Assembly (NCBI RefSeq): GCF_009914755.1
Contig: NC_060932.1
Length of the DNA: 64,000 nt
DNA from: the human T2T-CHM13v2.0 reference genome, Homo sapiens
Strand: one strand, 5' to 3'
Each line of letters starts with the position of its first letter. Position 1 is the first letter of the stretch. Positions 29,501 through 43,723 of this stretch are shown in pieces. The translations under genes were made by a program, and so were the position numbers. The notes under the pieces were generated by a model. It saw nothing but the letters and a program-made list of their open reading frames with translations, made no database searches and was not told the origin of the DNA.

Positions 29501-29850
29501 TCTAGAAGTTTGTCCATTTCTTCTAGATTTTAAATTTATTGGCATATAGTTGCTCATAGTAACCACTAATGATCCTTTGAATTTCTGCAGTATCAGTTGT
29601 TATGTCTCTTTTTCATTTCTGATTTTATTTATCTGCATCTTCTCTCTCTTTTTCCTAGTCTGGTTACGGTTTTTCATTTTGTTTAACTTTTCAAAAAACC
29701 AACTTTTTCTTTCATCGATCTTTTGTGTTATTTTTTCATTTCAGTTTCATTTATTTCTGCTCTGATTCTTATTATTTCTTTCCTTCTACTAATTTTGGGC
29801 TTGGTTTGCTCTTGCTTTTCTAGTTCTTTAAGATGCATTCTTAGATTGTT
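29501..29850 (-). mobile_element. Internal L1 ORF2 fragment (L1PB/L1MA-like) flanked by a 15-bp direct repeat
   Basis: The reverse complement reads 'aaagaactagaaaagcaagagcaaacc...ctagaagaaatggacaaa' (post-endonuclease ORF2). tattattaaagcata occurs at 29486-29500 and 29851-29865. Confidence 0.85.
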
Positions 29851-32440
29851 TATTATTAAAGCATAAACAGTCTTCCACTTAGTTATAAAATATTCAAAAC
29901 AATCATGTTTAATGAAAAAGCAACATTCTATGACATCAGTGCTCTAAAATATGTATAGCCATTGTCTTACTGCTAGATATTTGGGTTTAGATTCTTCCAA
30001 TTGCATGTTATTATAAATAATACTATGAGAAATACCATTGTGCATACAGATTTTCTTTAAGACCAACTCTTTATAATAAGTCTTTGGAATTTCTGGGCTT
30101 TGAACATCTGTATGGATTTTTGCTCCATTCTGCCAGATGGCTTGACTAAAGAGTGACATGATTTTACACGATCTCTAGGGTAAGGTATGAGGACCTATTT
30201 TCATCCCAATTTCACCAGCATTGGTGATTACTATTTGCTAGCTGTATTGCTGCTTTAACAGGTATAAAATGGCACCTGGAATTTGCATTTTAATAGCGAA
30301 TAAAGCATTGTGCCAAAGGACTAAGCCACTTCTTATAAGATTGCCAGCTGAGGAAGAGAGGTTCTAGGAAAAACGGAAACTAGAATTCTCAGCAGCTCCA
30401 AAATTACCTCAAGTAGGCATTTACCTTCTCCACCTCCACAGCAGCCAAATCAGACTCCAGCCTTTTCAACCACTTCCAGGCTGAAGGCAGTGGGGAAATT
30501 ACCAATGAGTAATTGGCATATTACTTACATTTCTTACCATGCCCTGGAGACCTTTTTCACTCAGATATAAAAATTGGTCCTCTCAGACTCAAACTGAAAG
30601 GTGTAAACATCTCAGACTTTTTTTTTTTTATCCCATTAGCACCTTTCTACAGATGGCCCCACTGTTTCTTTTGAGAGCCAAACACATAGACACAAAGTCA
30701 GATCTGAGTCCTGTGATGTTTCCCACCAGCATGACACAAACATGGATTATTCTAGACTTTTTTCTTTTCCTTTTGGAAATCTCATTAGAATGGAAACATT
30801 TAGTGGCTTCAAGTTTCCAAAATGAGAGAGATTAAAAAAAAAAAAAAAAAAAAAGAACGTGCATCACACCAGCATTAGCATGGCAGAGACAGCTTCTGCT
30901 TGCTCAGCTGTGTTTCTAGAGACAATAGCCATGATGGCTGATTGTTGTAGACATTTCCTTCCCTCCCTGGGCTCCATGTTCATCTCTAAATGCTCCTGGA
31001 TTTTATATTTACTTTCACAGTCCTTTGTTCAACACATGTTTACTGAGCAATTACTCTGTACCAAACCCTGTGTCAAGGTACAGAGGTGACCCAAGAATCA
31101 GTTCTGCCCTTAAGATATGCATGGCCTTATAAGGAAATCAATTACACCAATTACTTTAATCAGCCTTAAGGTAAGCATGGCACATGCTACTCTGCTGGGA
31201 GAAAGGGCGGTCAACAGTATCCTACTAAGCTCTTGGTGGTGACCAGCTATTGGCTGCAATTAAAAAAAACCGCACAGCATTTTGTGGCTTTGAGACCCCT
31301 AAGTTAAGGCTAGTCACTTAACTTAGGGGAAAGAAATGCAAAAAGGTTATTCACTAGCTGCTGGTGTTGTGAGCCACATCCGCTTCAGTTTTGTTGGCCC
31401 TACTATTCCCAACTCCTAGGACCAGCATCAAACTTTGTGAAATGAGGCACAATATTAATCTAGGAGAGCCTTGAGAAAGTAAGAACAGGCTGCATATGTT
31501 TTGATATGTAGAAAAAGAGGGGTAGTAAGGGAAAGGAATATCAGGGTCAGAAAATATGATTTTAAGTTTTTGCCACCAACTTCCTGGGCGATACTGGACT
31601 AGGTTGACTCTGAGCCTCAATTTCCTCCCCTGCAAAACGGGTCTAATCAATAGACTTCTAATGGGTCTAATCAAAAGACTTCTTAGAGCAATTGTAAGAT
31701 GTTGGGTGGGAGAAACAAGTGAGCTCATACACAGAAAATTCTAGTACCATACCTGGCACATAGGAGGCTTTCAGCTCAGGCTCATTCCATACGTCTCCCT
31801 CCTAAAACACCTCCTGGATCTAGAGCAGGTTTGTAACTTGTATTTGTATCAGGGTCTGGGAGGGGGAAGCAGGGAGCATTTTGGCCTCTGGGCTATTGCA
31901 AAGGAGGCAGACAAGCTAGTATGGCTCAGCACAGGCCCCAGGGGTTCAATTATCTGGGAATAGTGATGAACAGGAAGCAGACAGGCCCCTTCTCACAGAC
32001 TGTTTATTTGCATGGGAAGAGAGACAGGTCACTTGTGGGTATTTGGGCTTCTAGACACACTGGGAGCAATTCTAACAGGGTCCATCTTCTCTGAGGATAA
32101 TGGGTGGTCAGACTTCCCATTCACTAGCCTCTGCCTGTCTCCTCCATCAGTAAGTCTCCACCCTCCCTGAAAGGAGCCCTCCTCATTCTCTAAACCTGTG
32201 CTCCTCCTCTGTGCCTTTCCTTTATTTCTCTCTAGCAGACTTGTCAGAGTACTTGGAGAAGATGGTTGGTGCCAGCCTAACACAGACTGAATGGTGTCTT
32301 GCCCTCCTTAGGCAAAAAGAGCTGGATGTGGAAAAAAATGTTTGTGTTTCAATGGAAAATTGTGCCTGCTCTGGGTTATCAGGTTCTAGGCCTGTTCATT
32401 GTCATTAAGCCATTTTTTTGTATAATGTACGTAATTCACA

Positions 32441-32442
<2 letters not shown>

Positions 32443-32477
<35 letters not shown>
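32443..32477. repeat. (CA)n microsatellite
   Basis: About 17 CA units. Confidence 0.95.
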
Positions 32478-32480
<3 letters not shown>

Positions 32481-32810
32481 ATTGATGGTCCCCTACTTAC
32501 AATAGTTTGACTTTGAATTTTTTTACTTTATAATTATGTGAAAGTGATATGCATTCAGTAGAAGCCATTCAGTACAGTATTCAATAACTTGCATAAAATA
32601 TTCACCATTTTATTACAAAGTAGGCTGTGTGTTAGATGATTTTGCCCATCTGTAGGCTGATGGAAGTGTTCTGAGCATGTTTAAGGTAGGCTAGGCCAAG
32701 CTATGATGTTCAGTAGTTCAGGTGTATTAAATGCATCCTCAACTTACAATATTTTAAATTTATGATGGTTTTACTGGGACATCACCCTGTCATAATTCAG
32801 TGGGCCTCTG
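32481..32810 (-). mobile_element. TcMar-Tigger family MITE (MER47-like)
   Basis: 'gatggtcccctacttacaat', 'aaggtaggctaggccaagctatgatgtt' and 'ggtgtattaaatgca' match the recalled consensus. Confidence 0.7.
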
Positions 32811-32974
32811 TGTATGTTTGTGCATGTGTGTATATACATGTGTGTGTGTAAATTGTCTTCTATCTGTATAAGAGTCATGACTGCATCTTTTCTAGAAAAT
32901 TTTATTTTAACAAGGATATTCTTCCAGGATGTAATGATGACTTAGACTTCCTGGGCATCACAATGTCCTGGAAC

Positions 32975-33158
32975 CCCAGTCTGCAAAGCTAGCTGTGAAT
33001 TAAAATCACCTGTGCACCTTAAGAAACCAAACACCAATGTCTATCTTTAATCCACACATCTTCTAATGTACTAGCTCTGGGTGGGGCCCATGCTGGTCTG
33101 GTTTTTAAACTTCCTCATGTGATAGTCATGTGCAGTCAGGGTTAAAAGTCACTCTCCA
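32975..33158. mobile_element. MER5-like DNA transposon relic
   Basis: 'aatcacctg', 'ctgggtggggccca' and 'tgcagtcagggttaaaagtcact' motifs. Confidence 0.55.
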
Positions 33159-33399
33159 GAAGGAAGAAATCACCAGCTCACATCGTGGGCTCTGGAGTCT
33201 GACTGTGTGGATGTGAGCCATGTCTCTTGCTGGTCACCTGTCAAAGAAACACATGAGCCTGCAGTGAGTGCCTGCCATGGGCAAGGCTGTGTCCCTGCAG
33301 TCAGAAAGAATGGGGTTTGAATCATGGTTCTGATACTTTGAGTAAGGAGCAGTAGGCAAGTCACTTGATAGCTATATACTTGCTATTTTCTTGACATTT

Positions 33400-33760
33400 T
33401 TACACTGTGTAACAAATTACCCCGAACATGGCAGTTAAAACAACACACAGTTATCATCTCACAGTATCTATGGGTCAACTGACTGCCACAGCTTATCTAG
33501 GTCTCCTATTTAAGGCCACAAAGTGTTGGCCAGGACTGGGTTCTCATCAGAGGTTCGACTGGGGAAGAACCTACTTCGAAGTTCACTCAGGTTGTTGGCA
33601 GATTTCATTTTATTTCCTGTGACTGTAGAGATGCATGGCAGCTTGCTTCTTCAAAGCCAGAAAAGCAGAGAGAAAAACTCTAGCAAGATGGTGCTGTACT
33701 TTGATGTTATATCAAGAGAGAAGATCATGGAGGCCACCTTAAAGTCTGTCCACCACAGTA
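33400..33760 (-). mobile_element. MLT1-type LTR fragment
   Basis: 'tgtaacaaattaccc...ttaaaacaacac...atctcacagt' is the reverse of an MLT1 3' end. Confidence 0.65.
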
Positions 33761-34582
33761 TTCTCATCTGGAAAGTTAGTATCTACATCATGGGGTGGTT
33801 GTAAAAATTCAACAAGACAGTTTATTAAAATGGGTTGGCACATAATCACTCAATGGATGTTATTAGTAAAGTCCTGCACAGAAGTCACTTTTGCATACCT
33901 TCCCATAGCAAAGAGCATTGGGTCTCCCTCTGGGCCCCCACAGCACTCTGCACAGGCCTGCCTTGTCTTCTATCACAGTGTGTCTTCCATGTACTCCTTG
34001 AGCCTACTGGGCCCTCACTGAAATCTTGCCATGTGGCCAGCTTTGATCAAAGATTTGATCAAAATGCAAGTCATGCATCATTTTTTGTAATCCTCACAGC
34101 AAACTATTGATATACAAGTATTGCCATTTCCAAGATGGACAAAAATAGACTCCAATACATGTGAGAAAAAATTGTGCTTCAGTAGAAAACTGGACATTGG
34201 TTAGATTACACCCTTCCAGGTGAACTGACTCAAGTTTTGTATTGTCTTTGAGCTATTTTACAACTCTGTAAATTATAAACAACTGATAGCAATGCAAAAA
34301 TAATTCTTGCCTTTAGACATGTGAATTCTCTCCTGTCTAGTAAAGTTTCAATTGACCTTTCCCCCTCCTCCTGTGTAGAATCAGAATTGGCTCCATTTGC
34401 CTGTTTAGTTCAATACTCTGATCTATAAATGTGTCACTTTTTCAGATAACCTTTTGAGTCCTTTATAAGATCTGCCTGGTTCCCTCACTGACTGATGAGT
34501 TAAAGAAAATCTTTAATATGCATTCATTGTATATACATATGAGAGTCATAAGTCTATTTTTTTTATTTAAAAAATATCTTTT

Positions 34583-34957
<375 letters not shown>

Positions 34958-37900
34958 TCAACCCTGACCCCCTGGGCTTAGCTACATCAGGATTCACATT
35001 TTTTGCTACTTGCTGTAGTGCTAAACACAGAGCAGGTGCCCACTGATGCATTATTTGCATCTTTGCTCAGCTGACCCTGATTATATTTGACTCATCACAC
35101 ACAGAACATAGGCTCACACACTCACTTTTCCAACTCAAGAATTTAGCTAATTCCTGCAATTCCTATGGCTTCAGACAAAAGGCCTTCACCACTGGCTTCA
35201 GCACCAAAAACCTCTACAAATCCTTCCCTTAAAGGAGCGGGCACCTGTCTTTCCATAAATTCCCCTCAACTGTCCTTTTCTCTCCTCTGGAAACATATGG
35301 AATACCACCTTTCTTCCATGAAAAGCTCTTCAAGCATTGGGAGGCAGTTCTTTAATTTTTCTCTATTCTTTTTCAGAATCATGTTCCTTAAACCTGGTCT
35401 TCTAGGACTGACTTTCAAGCATCTTTACCATCCCGATCATTCTCTTCGGGACATGTCCCACTCTCCCTGTTTATTGAATAAGTGATCTTTAAATCTACTC
35501 AAAGGCTCATCAGGTCCATGTCAAGCAGAAGGCCTTCCCCATCTGTGTGTTCAGCCAGGTTCATTTAAGAAGGGGAATCCTGGCTGAAGACTCAGGCACC
35601 CCGCCATGCTTCAGTCATTCAGCTGCCGACTATGTGCTTCCTCCCACAGATTACATCTTCCCCGCCTCACTCTGCTTCACCTCCACTGCTGTCACTATCC
35701 CCCTAGCCTGTGACTTTGGCTTTTTCCCATATAGGTATTAATTACTTGATATGACTCCCTCCAGGCCTGAGCCATCCCTGGGATGCCCTTCTGCAAACAC
35801 AGACCTGTAGGCAGGTGCCGCTGCACTTCCTGACACTACCCACGGAGCAGGTGCACTTCTTCCAGTCACACCAGGAGCCTACGTGTGCAGCCTCTGTATT
35901 CACTAGAGTTCAGGACACCTGCATGACACTGTTGACTTTTCAAAGTGAACTTATGGAAAACTAAAACCAAGACTTTTTTTTTTAAATATTATTTTGAAAC
36001 CATGGATCATTTATCAATGGTGTCTAATGGACTTCTTCCTGGACCTAAGCACAGGCCTTCACATTGATCTTCATTCAATTTCTTCTTCTTAGACCCAGCC
36101 CATAACGCCAGCCACTGCAATTATTTTGGAAACTCAGTTCTGCCACCAGAGCTTAACTGTCCCTTCCAGCTTTGTCATCTGACAGTTTGATAGTCCCACC
36201 AGTGGCACCAGGGGCTCCATTTCACTGACCAAGGTGCCGCTCTCCTTCTGCAATTTCTAATTGCTTCCCCTTTCTTTACTTCCCAAACTGCCTGGGGGGA
36301 AAAAGGATTCTGGCTTAGACTTCCTACTCCCTCTGCCCCAGAGTTGGTCTCCTTGAAGGAGTTTTCCCAGTTTGGCAGGACAGGCTATTTCATTTTTCTG
36401 TGTCCAAGAATGGCTGCTGACAACTTCCCAGGGTCAGGACCCAAGACCCAATCCAATCCCAGTTACCCTCAGCTACTGCAGAGTGCATGTCACCCCTCTC
36501 ATGCTGAGCTGATGGCAGAGCTCACCCTTGTTCTGTTCCTCCCTGGCTCAAAGGCCACAGGCTTAGAGGGTGAGGAGAGAGACAGCTTTCTGAGTGGGCC
36601 CATCTAAAGGCCAGCCATCACTTTAGTAAGGTATTGCAAGCTCTGGTTTGAAAACCATCGCAGTCACAGTAACAAAGACCCCAAGTCCACTTATCAAGGT
36701 CCCCTTGACCTCACGGGGCTCTAATGGGAACTGAGCAAATCAATGCTTCTCAAGGCTAAGTTATGAAACTGCATGAGAAATTTGTCATGAGTGCAGCATT
36801 TCAAATGGGATGTTTTTTTCTCTCTCTCTGTAGAGGTGAGGACACTAAGTTTTCTCCTTGAAATGAGGACAAGAAAAAACCACGGAAAATACACAGAATG
36901 ACTCAGAACATACCTAGCTAAGGCATTGTAGGTACCTATGTTCATCTTCACTATAAAGATAAATAAAGTTCTAGAGCAAGGAGGCAGTAAAAAGACCTAA
37001 GACTTGGGTTAGGAGACCTGGGTTCTAGTCCTGGCTGTGCCCCCAAATCACCTCGGTGCTGTAGGACAAGAAACTTTACCTCTCTGAGCTACAGTTCCCT
37101 CCTGGTAACTGAATAATTTCCATAGGTCTTTTCTAGTTCTGATTCTGAGATACAGACCGCAATTTATGCAATAGATGTACTCCTGAAAACAAGCAGGTAA
37201 ATGTTTCCTCCTGCAACTGAAGATGATTTTAAATGAACCAAGCCAATATTTCTCTCTCTCTCCTTTCTTTCCTTCTTTCCTTCTTCTCAACTTCCTTCCC
37301 TTCTTTCCTTCCGTTAGGAGCAGAATTCTTTATTCAAAATAAATCTTAGGTACAAGTCCAATAACTGTCGTATAATAGAAAAAAGGTTGGTGGCGTTATG
37401 GGGTGGGGTGGTGAGGGGCAACCCTGCCTGTTTGTTCACCCTTGACATCCTCTCCTCCCTCCCCTCCCCTCTCCCCTCCCTTCTCCATATGCACAAATAC
37501 AATTGGTAGCACTTGCAAAGCACAGATTTAGGAGAATTCCTTTTTCAAAGCGTCTTCATCTTGATGAATACACTACCTGAGAAAGCAAAAATGACATTGC
37601 CACATGGCAAAACATGTTTATGTCATTCCTTCATTAACTCTCCCCTACAAATCTGCCAGGCTGGGTAATCAACCGCATGCCACAGGTGAGGAGACTTAGA
37701 CAGATTAGAGGTGGAATGTATCCATTTTGATCACTGCTGTGTTTGGCACCTGGGGCATTGCCTGGGATTCAGTAGGTGCTCCAGGAATACTTTTTGAATG
37801 AATGGTAGGAGTTTTAGAACTTCCTCAATCAACTCCTGCCAGGGCTGGGGCTCCAAACCCTCTGACTTCTGCCCATCCACAGATGCCGGACTCCTTTCTG

Positions 37901-38602
37901 GGACATGTGATCACTTCCAAATGTCACCTTGTAAATGTGGATTGTCAGTCAGGCTTCCATGAAGTGGAGTGCACCTGTCGTTCCCCCTGGCTGGAGAAGG
38001 CAGATGGAGCCATGCACTCGGGCAGCTTGTAGCTGCAGCACCATCACCCACACCTGAGTCTCAATTCAGCCAATCCATAGCTGTGGGACCTTAGGCCAGT
38101 CACTTAATCTTTCTGAAACTTAATTCCATCACCTGAAAAATGGGATTAATAACAATATTTATCTCATACAATGTTTACATGGGTGCCCTGAGATTATGTA
38201 TGGGAAAGAAATATGGAGTTAATTCTAAGTGTATGGAAGAGAGAAAAATATTTAAAGTCAAAATTAACTATAGCTATTTATGCTGCAGTTCACCACAGGG
38301 ACAACAGCAACATAATATGTAAGGGCAGTGCCATAATTCACAGTAGAAGATGCATCTCTATTCTGTTTTCTTCTCTCCATAAAGACGATTAAGGAGGAAA
38401 AGAGAAAGAAATGTGTTCTAAAACCTTGGGCAGTTCTGTTTTGCCCTGAAAGACTGTAGCAGATGCTGTCCATGCTCTGCCCCATTTCTCTCCTCAAGGA
38501 TCTTTTACTGTTTCCCACGCTTCTGCCTCTGAGGAGCCTGCACCCACTGCTGTTTGTTGAAGGAAGTAGACCATGAGTTACTGGAATTGCTTTCTCTGTG
38601 GT

Positions 38603-38620
38603 CACCAGCAGAGGGCAGAT
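38603..38620 (+). promoter_or_regulatory. Candidate CTCF motif
   Basis: CACCAGCAGAGGGCAGAT is a close match to the CTCF core, in apparently non-repetitive sequence. Confidence 0.55.
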
Positions 38621-39834
38621 GTGCCTGCCAGGTGAGGGTTGGGCTTAGCCCATGACTGATAGGTGAGGGTGCTGGTGAAGGCACGGCTTCCCTGCCCTGG
38701 GTGGGTAATTCATGTTCCAGAGTTCCCCTGTGGGCAGAGGCTCAAGTTCCCTTCCATGGGGTGGGACTTTGCTAAAGTTGTCCCTTAGACTGTGCGTCTC
38801 TCCTTCTCTTCTCTGCTCCCTCTTGCTCAGGACGCCTCATCTTATAGTCCAGTTTTTGGGAACTCAACGTAAGATAAAGGGGAGACTTGGACCTGAGAGT
38901 CTATGATTATCAGTAAATATAAATGAGTCTGAGAATATGCAGAAAAGTAAAAAGAGCCACATTTCTCTGCATAATAATCTCCTCTCATAATATATCAGGA
39001 GCTGTATTATGCAGTACTTGGAAGAGCCACAGAATAGGGGCCTAGAGAAAGAAAAAATGGAAGGCTTTACAGAGAATAAAGGGCCAAACCACATGGGAAT
39101 GTAAAACAACAATGATGACAACAGCAACAGCAACTATGACCACAACAACAGCAACAAAACACAACTCTGAAGTAGCCCAAACCTCAGCGAAATGTGCTAC
39201 ATGCGCAAGTGTTTTGAGCGCGTGATATTCTGAGGGACATCAGAGAGAAAGTGCTGTGCACCAGGGCTGGATGCCACAGGCACTAACAAGGACATAATGA
39301 TGATTCCTTTCTGGGATAGGAAGGAGTCACCTGCAGGGTTTCACAGTCAGGGGACAGCAGGCAAACCTGATCCCTCCCCAGCCCTGTCTTTGGGCAGAAT
39401 GGATGGGAGGGAGGGACGCAGCCTCCCACCAGTGGCACAATGCGTTGGAACCAATTCCACTTGGATCCCAAAGACAGAGAACTTCAATTGACATCTGGGT
39501 TTCGAAATTTTGATTGCATAGACCCCAGCCTAGGAGACAAGTACACAAATCATTCTTAACACACATAGGAAAAGTGAAAAATGCCACAAAAAAAGGGGTG
39601 CAGAGAGTTGGAGGGGCTGCACAGAGGGATGGTACACACACTATCATTTGGTTATTTGCATGTTAGGAAGCACTTATTAGCTCATAGTCCTCTCTGACAA
39701 CACAGAGAGGGCAGAGTGGGCACCTGTTAGAGTCATGTTACTCAGAGCTTGCATATGTTCAATGGGCAAGAAGAAGTGTGCTGGTGCCAATTCCTAAGGA
39801 GTCCTGTGAGGCCACTCTTAAGAGTCTCTGGAAT

Positions 39835-40152
39835 TTTGCAAGGCTGGTAAACTTATTAAAGAACAAATTATATATATTTACAATAAAATAAATTATGTTA
39901 AAAACAAAGGCAATAAATGCTCAAAACTCATCAGCACCTAATGATTTTTCATTTCATTATTATCTATGACCTTAAAATTATATCTTTTGCATCTGTATCT
40001 TGGAATTACTATACAATGGCGCACCTCTCTGCCCAACTCTATGTTAAGTGAGGTCAGATTGGCAGGTTGAAATTTACCACGGTGGGAGTATTTATACCAG
40101 AGAAACCGGCAAACATGACAGGTGATTGTTAAACATTCCTCAGCACACCACG
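39835..40152. mobile_element. MER63-like hAT DNA transposon relic
   Basis: 'tgggagtatttatacca' and the end 'aaacattcctcagcacaccac'; shares motifs with the copy at 48480-48678. Confidence 0.6.
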
Positions 40153-40340
40153 GGAGAAGAGTCCAGACAGATGGCAAAGGAAGAAAATCAAACTACTTCA
40201 TTCATTCATTCAACATTTTATTGATTACTTACTATGTGCAATTTACATTTAGTCACCATTTCTTCATGGCTAGCCTTCAAAGCTGATTCATGGAATCTCT
40301 ACCTCATTGAGGTAAAGGCCCATATAAAACACTGAGAGTC

Positions 40341-40732
<392 letters not shown>

Positions 40733-43378
40733 CTAACAAAGAGCTGCCAAGGAGAGGTCTGGCCAGGCCTACTTCAATAAATAGATAAGGATCATTTAAA
40801 AGCAGCCCATTAAGTGTTTGCATGCAAATGGCCCTGCCAGGCTCCTCGAAAAACAGTTTGTTCTCCTAAGGAGGTTAAATATTTTCAGTCTTGTTTATGT
40901 TATTAATTTGCTTAGCCAAGTGTGCGGTTGTGGGTGTATTTTTAATAGAGGATGGAAAAACCTTGCAAAATGAGCTTTATCCCTGAAACATAAATGAAGG
41001 AGGCTTTGTGAATTCTATACAAATGACCATGGTCCTTGCCTGTACCCCACGGAGAAAAAAAAGCTCTGCTCCATTCATGTCAGGTAGCCCTGGCATAGGT
41101 GCAACCCACAGGGGAGGACATAAAGTAGAAAAATAATACATCCCACATGTGCTGCACCCCTAGCACCTGGGACACTACCTAGCACAGGTGTAGCCCACAG
41201 GATGGATGGCGCATAAAACAGAAACGTAAATGGACAGAGTCATGCTACATCCCAAGCACCCAGAATGGCATCTGGCACATGTGGGCACACAGTACATTTT
41301 GGTTGAATGAATAAATGAATGAGTGAATGCTCCTATGCTATAATTCTAACCACAGTTTTGACCAAAAAGGATCTTCTAATAACAATAGACAGAAACAATC
41401 ATAGAATAAAAGAAGGGAGAGATGGAGATTTATAAAGAGAATAAGGCTTTTTTTATATCACATCTCATTTAACCCTCACAAATACCTGGAAAGTTTTATT
41501 ATCCCCATTTTACAGGTGAGAAAAACTAGAAGTAGGCAGTCCACTCAGCATTTGCACAGATAGGAAGTGCAGAGGGAGGTCAAAATCTGGTATGTTTGGA
41601 TTCAAAATCCAGGCTCATACCTTGTACTATGTAATGGTAGCAAATATTCCTGGAAATAGTCAATTTAAAAGGAGAAATCTTTTCTCTGCTTCCAAAAAAG
41701 CTATGATAAATTTCCCTTACTGTGGAAGATAGAAAATTGAAAACAAAAAATTCATAGCAGAAACACATGGAGGCCCAGTCTCCCTTCCTCACTTCCCTTC
41801 TCTCCTTGGCCACAGAGGAATGGAGGGATGACTGTGCATGCTTTGTTACTGTTTTTCACTATTTTCTACAACATTGACCTTTGGCTAGGCTCAGGGCTAA
41901 ACTCTACTCATAGCATCTCTGTCCCACAAAACTCTCTGTAAGGTGAACACTATGACCTCTGTGGTGTGGAAGAGAAAATTCAGAAAAGGAAAGTGATTTG
42001 GCTAAGGTCAATACCGGCAAATGGAGCATCTCAGAATCTGGTTTATCTGTTTCTAAAGTGTTTTTCCACTGACAGTTTTCTGGAACTCCAGTGTGCACTG
42101 GAATCCTTGGGGACCTTGATGAGTGCAGATTTTGATTCAGCAGGTCTCAGGTGGGGCCTGGCAAGCTCCTGGGTGATGCCAAGGCTGTAAGTCTCAGACC
42201 ACCCTTGATGAGCAAGTCCCTGCACACGCTGCCTTATTCATGCCCAGTGAGCTATAAGCAACTCTTAACTCTTCTCCTTGTGTAGAGTCAGTTCTCAGTT
42301 CTTCCCGCTTTGATGAAGGTCCAGCTAACCAACTACACTGGTGACTTGGTAAACCCAGGTAGACCCTCACTATCCCCACTGGACCCTGGCTAGCTACCTT
42401 CTTCTCTACCCGCTCTCTGTCCCTGGGACATCATACTGCTTACCCTGGAGCCCCCAAACTTCCCTGCTGTTCTCTCTCAGTCTGGCTTAAACAATAATAC
42501 CTAAAAATGGTCTTTGCACCTGCAATTCTGCCTCCTTGAATCTTTTTTTTTTTCACAAAACAATCACTTTGAACTATTTAAATATAAATGTAATGATGTC
42601 ACTCTAGTTCTTACACTCCTTCAAGAAAGGACAAGCCACTAATCCTCTTGTCCTGCCTCAAATCCTCTTTAAGCAGAGCTTATTTTGTTTGTTTGTTTTT
42701 ATCTGCTGTGGATATTGTGGTGCAACACAAGCTTTAAAAGAAAATACAAGATTTTGCTACTAAAGAGAAGTAAGAATCCATCTGATCAATATACTCCATG
42801 TCTTCCATTTTACAGATGAGAAAAATGAGTCCCAGAGAGGTCATACCTCATTCCTGAGGTCCCCCAGAAAGATAACTGTGGCGTGAGCATGAATCCCAAA
42901 AACCTTGATGATATATTTTTTTAATTCTGATTCTCTTTCCATCGCACCATGCTTCTCATAAACAACATTCTTTCTATTTTTTCATCTACGTCTTCCCTAA
43001 GTTCCATTAGGTGGGTTTATTTATTGGCAGAGAGCAAAGTACTCATGTCTGCATGCCCCCTCCAAACCTACCCCCTGCAATTCCAAGAATAAAGAAAGGC
43101 ATGCAGACTGGGTGAGTTCTTACAAGCAGTCTGCAGCAGACTAGACTGACTACTTGGCCATGAGATCCTAAGTGTGGGGGCAGTTACAGATAAATAAGAA
43201 AAACTGACCACAGCCACCTCTGCCCCTCAAAACTGAAGGAATACTCTTTAAGGCATCATGGCCAACTTAAGCTGGTTCTCCAGACATGATAAAATGAATG
43301 CAGAAGCTGATCAAAATTAGTATATTGAGCCTCGAGCTGATGGACTTTTTCCCAAATAATTATTCTTTTTTAAAATAT

Positions 43379-43707
43379 GGCCAGGTGTGGTAGCTCATGT
43401 CTGTAATCCCAGCACTTTGGGAGGCCGAGGCAGGTGGATTGCCTGAGATCAGGAGTTCGAGGCCAGCCTGGCCAACATGGTGAAATCCTGTCTCTACTAA
43501 AAATACAAAAATTAGCTGGGCATGGTGATGGATGCCTGTAATTCCAGCTACTCAGGAGGCTGAGGCAGGAGAATTGTTTGAGTTTGGGAGGCAGAGGTTG
43601 CAGTGAGTCAAGATGGCATGACTGCTTTCCAGCCTGAGTGACAGCGTAAGATAAATAAATATATACATAAATACATAAATAAAAAATTAAAAAATAAAAA
43701 TAAAAAT
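43379..43707 (+). mobile_element. AluSx/Sz-like SINE with a (TAAA)n-type tail
   Basis: Full dimer followed by an AT-rich tail. Confidence 0.9.
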
Positions 43708-43723
43708 ATCAATGGCATGAAAC

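Noticed and set aside
35197-35206. TTCAGCACCA, the left half of a REST/RE1 site (KCNQ3 is a reported REST target)
   Set aside because: The GGACAG right half is absent. A separate right-half-only match near 38465 also lacks its partner.
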